UHGV virus genome: UHGV-0118085 | Origin: a virus | Direction: 5' to 3' (one strand) | DNA: 17,017 nucleotides | Shown: positions 15,427 through 17,017 of the stretch, one piece after another | How the letters are laid out: the number at the start of each line of letters is the position of its first letter | How positions within the stretch are numbered: position 1 is the stretch's first letter | Made by a program: the position numbers and the translations under genes | Notes under the pieces: model-generated | The model's database searches: none | The model's input: the letters and a program-made list of their open reading frames with translations, nothing else | Told to the model about the DNA's origin: nothing

Positions 15427-15720
15427 ATGAATCTTGCTCAAAAATTGCGAGCGATCAGGAAGGCAGAAGGGCTAACACAGGCTAAATTCTGTGAAATCAG
15501 CGGGATAGCGTTAGGAACGCTGAAGAATTACGAAGGAGGGCATCAAGAGCCAGGTATACAAGTGATCATGCAGGTAACTAACACGGCGCATTTTGAAAAA
15601 TACACCCTGTGGTTAATGACCGATAAGACAGCACCAGAAGCCGGGCAGATTTCCCCGGCCGTCGCACACTCTGGGCAAGACGAAACAACCTCGTCACCAT
15701 CAGGCCGCAAAACTGGCTAA
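15427..15720 (+). CDS. C: Immunity repressor C (P2 C family, helix-turn-helix)
   Basis: The C-terminal half (FEKYTLWLMTDKTAPEAGQISPAVAHSGQDETTSSPSGRKTG) closely resembles P2 C. I start it at the ATG at 15427 (MNLAQKL...), preceded by AGGA, giving 97 aa; the track ORF begins at a GTG at 15394. Confidence 0.85.
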   Translation: MNLAQKLRAIRKAEGLTQAKFCEISGIALGTLKNYEGGHQEPGIQVIMQVTNTAHFEKYTLWLMTDKTAPEAGQISPAVAHSGQDETTSSPSGRKTG

Positions 15721-15862
15721 CGATTAACCGGGACTATATTTATTACATAAGTTGTTTACTTGTAAGGAAATATAATTTCAGGCGTTACAAAGAAGTAAGT
15801 AAGAAACCTCGGACTGTTACTACTAATCCGTGCAAGTTTGAAAGCTCTATTCGGAGGGTCTT

Positions 15863-16843
15863 ATGACTATCAAAAGACTCGATGATGGGCGTTATGAAGT
15901 GGATATCAGACCGCGCGGGCGTGAAGGACGTCGCATCCGCCGAAAATTTGAGAGAAAGGCTGAAGCTATTGCCTTTGAGCGCTACACATTAGCGAACGCT
16001 AACCAGAAGGAATGGGCGGGCCAGAGAACAGATCGCAGATCTCTATCTGAATTACTGGATGCCTGGTGGAAGTATCACGGTCAAAACCATGAACACGGTG
16101 AGAAGGAATTTAACCACCTCACGAAGACGATCGGCGGCATCGGTGACATACCCGTTAGCCGCGTGAGCAAACGGCTCCTGATGGACTACCGTTCTATGCG
16201 ACTTCGTGACGGTATCAAGGCATCAACAATTAACCGTGATATGTACCGTTTTTCAGGCATGTTCACCAAGTTGATTCAGTTGGAAGAGTTTTCCGGCACA
16301 CATCCAGTGCATGGACTACCGCCACTGGCAGAAGAAAACCCAGAAATGACATTTCTGGCAAAGGAAGAGATCAGCAGCTTACTAAATGCCTTAACCGGCG
16401 ATGCAAGATTGATTGCCCTTCTGGGCGTCAGTACCGGTGCGCGATGGTCTGAGTTGGCAACGTTAAAGCCTTCTCAGATCGTCAATTGCCGCGTGACTTT
16501 CCTGAAGACCAAAAACGGGAAAAAGCGCACTGTTCCAATTTCTGCTGAACTAGAAAAACTGATCAAGAGGGAGGCAAGCGCGAAACTGTTTAAAGTGGAC
16601 TATGAAAAATTTTGTCTGATCCTGAAGGCGGTAAAACCAGATATACCCCCGAACCAGGCAACACATATTCTGCGTCATACCTTCGCAAGTCATTTTATGA
16701 TGAATGGGGGTAACATTATCGCGCTACAGCAGATATTAGGACATGCCAGCATCCAGCAAACGATGGTTTACGCGCATCTGTCGCCAGACTATCTGCAAAA
16801 TGCTGTCTCACTAAATCCCCTTGCCGGTGGCGTATCGCTTTAA
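15863..16843 (+). CDS. int: Tyrosine integrase (P2 Int family)
   Basis: 326-aa ORF with the catalytic signature HILRHTFASH ... MVYAHL (H-x-x-R and the nucleophilic Tyr). It lies downstream of C on the same strand and next to the right att repeat, as in P2. Confidence 0.9.
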   Translation: MTIKRLDDGRYEVDIRPRGREGRRIRRKFERKAEAIAFERYTLANANQKEWAGQRTDRRSLSELLDAWWKYHGQNHEHGEKEFNHLTKTIGGIGDIPVSRVSKRLLMDYRSMRLRDGIKASTINRDMYRFSGMFTKLIQLEEFSGTHPVHGLPPLAEENPEMTFLAKEEISSLLNALTGDARLIALLGVSTGARWSELATLKPSQIVNCRVTFLKTKNGKKRTVPISAELEKLIKREASAKLFKVDYEKFCLILKAVKPDIPPNQATHILRHTFASHFMMNGGNIIALQQILGHASIQQTMVYAHLSPDYLQNAVSLNPLAGGVSL

Positions 16844-16854
16844 GATAGGAGTGA

Positions 16855-16887
16855 CCTAGAGTGTCCACATTGTGTCCACACTCTAGG
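16855..16887. promoter_or_regulatory. Inverted repeat cctagagtg / cactctagg enclosing two direct GTCCACA repeats; candidate integrase arm-type sites
   Basis: GTCCACA at 16863..16869 and 16874..16880, 11 bp apart, identical in sequence and spacing to 141..158. It sits between the integrase stop and the att core. Confidence 0.5.
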
Positions 16888-16962
16888 AAATTCAAAACGG
16901 CTCAGGCTGGCTCCAGCATTTTATAAGTAGCTGTTTTTACTTGAGGTTATACGTAAGTTATT

Positions 16963-17007
16963 GATAAAAAAAACCCCCACATCATGTGGGGGAAGACAGG
17001 GATGGTG
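16963..17007. repeat. Attachment-site direct repeat, int-proximal copy
   Basis: Matches 45..89 at 44 of 45 positions and includes the same A-run plus ccccaca/tgtgggg hairpin. Confidence 0.8.
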
Positions 17008-17017
17008 TCTATGGCAA

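Larger units (their letters stand above)
45..17007. mobile_element. Defective P2-like prophage remnant, about 17 kb, bounded by 45-bp direct repeats
   Basis: Integrase, C repressor, cox, replication gene A, portal, terminase, sheath, D and ogr homologues lie between two near-identical 45-bp repeats. Gene content and order match a circularly permuted P2 map read in reverse. No capsid, lysis, baseplate or tail-fibre ORFs are present. Confidence 0.8.

Noticed and set aside
45-17007. Intact, inducible P2-like prophage
   Set aside because: Length is about half of P2, and the capsid, scaffold, small terminase, lysis, baseplate and tail-fibre genes are absent. Two structural genes are present only as chimeric fragments.
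1-17017. CRISPR array or other periodic short-repeat array
   Set aside because: No regularly spaced repeats of 25 to 40 bp were seen; the only repeats are the att copies, the arm-type heptamers and the 13-mer shared between the promoter region and the att arm.

Overview
The window is essentially one ~17-kb degenerate P2-like prophage bounded by 45-bp direct repeats (45..89 and 16963..17007), lying in reverse orientation relative to the canonical P2 map. Order: att, ogr(-), D(-), tail sheath FI(+), a tail-tube/tape-measure chimera(+), a gpU/terminase chimera(+), portal Q(+), a GC-rich cos-like spacer, an AT-rich 923-aa membrane-anchored cargo gene(-), replication initiator A(-), a Dam-type methyltransferase(-), a chain of small early ORFs(-), cox(-), C repressor(+), integrase(+), att. 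Capsid, scaffold, small terminase, lysis, baseplate and tail-fibre genes are absent, so the element is a defective remnant. The most interesting object is the 923-aa cargo ORF (7153..9924), which sits between gene A and the cos/portal end, the position of the tin/old anti-phage hotspot in P2-like phages. It has about four N-terminal transmembrane helices and no motif I can recognise, and I propose it as a candidate undescribed single-gene defence or exclusion protein. All protein identifications rest on reading the translated ORFs against remembered family hallmarks; no database search was run.
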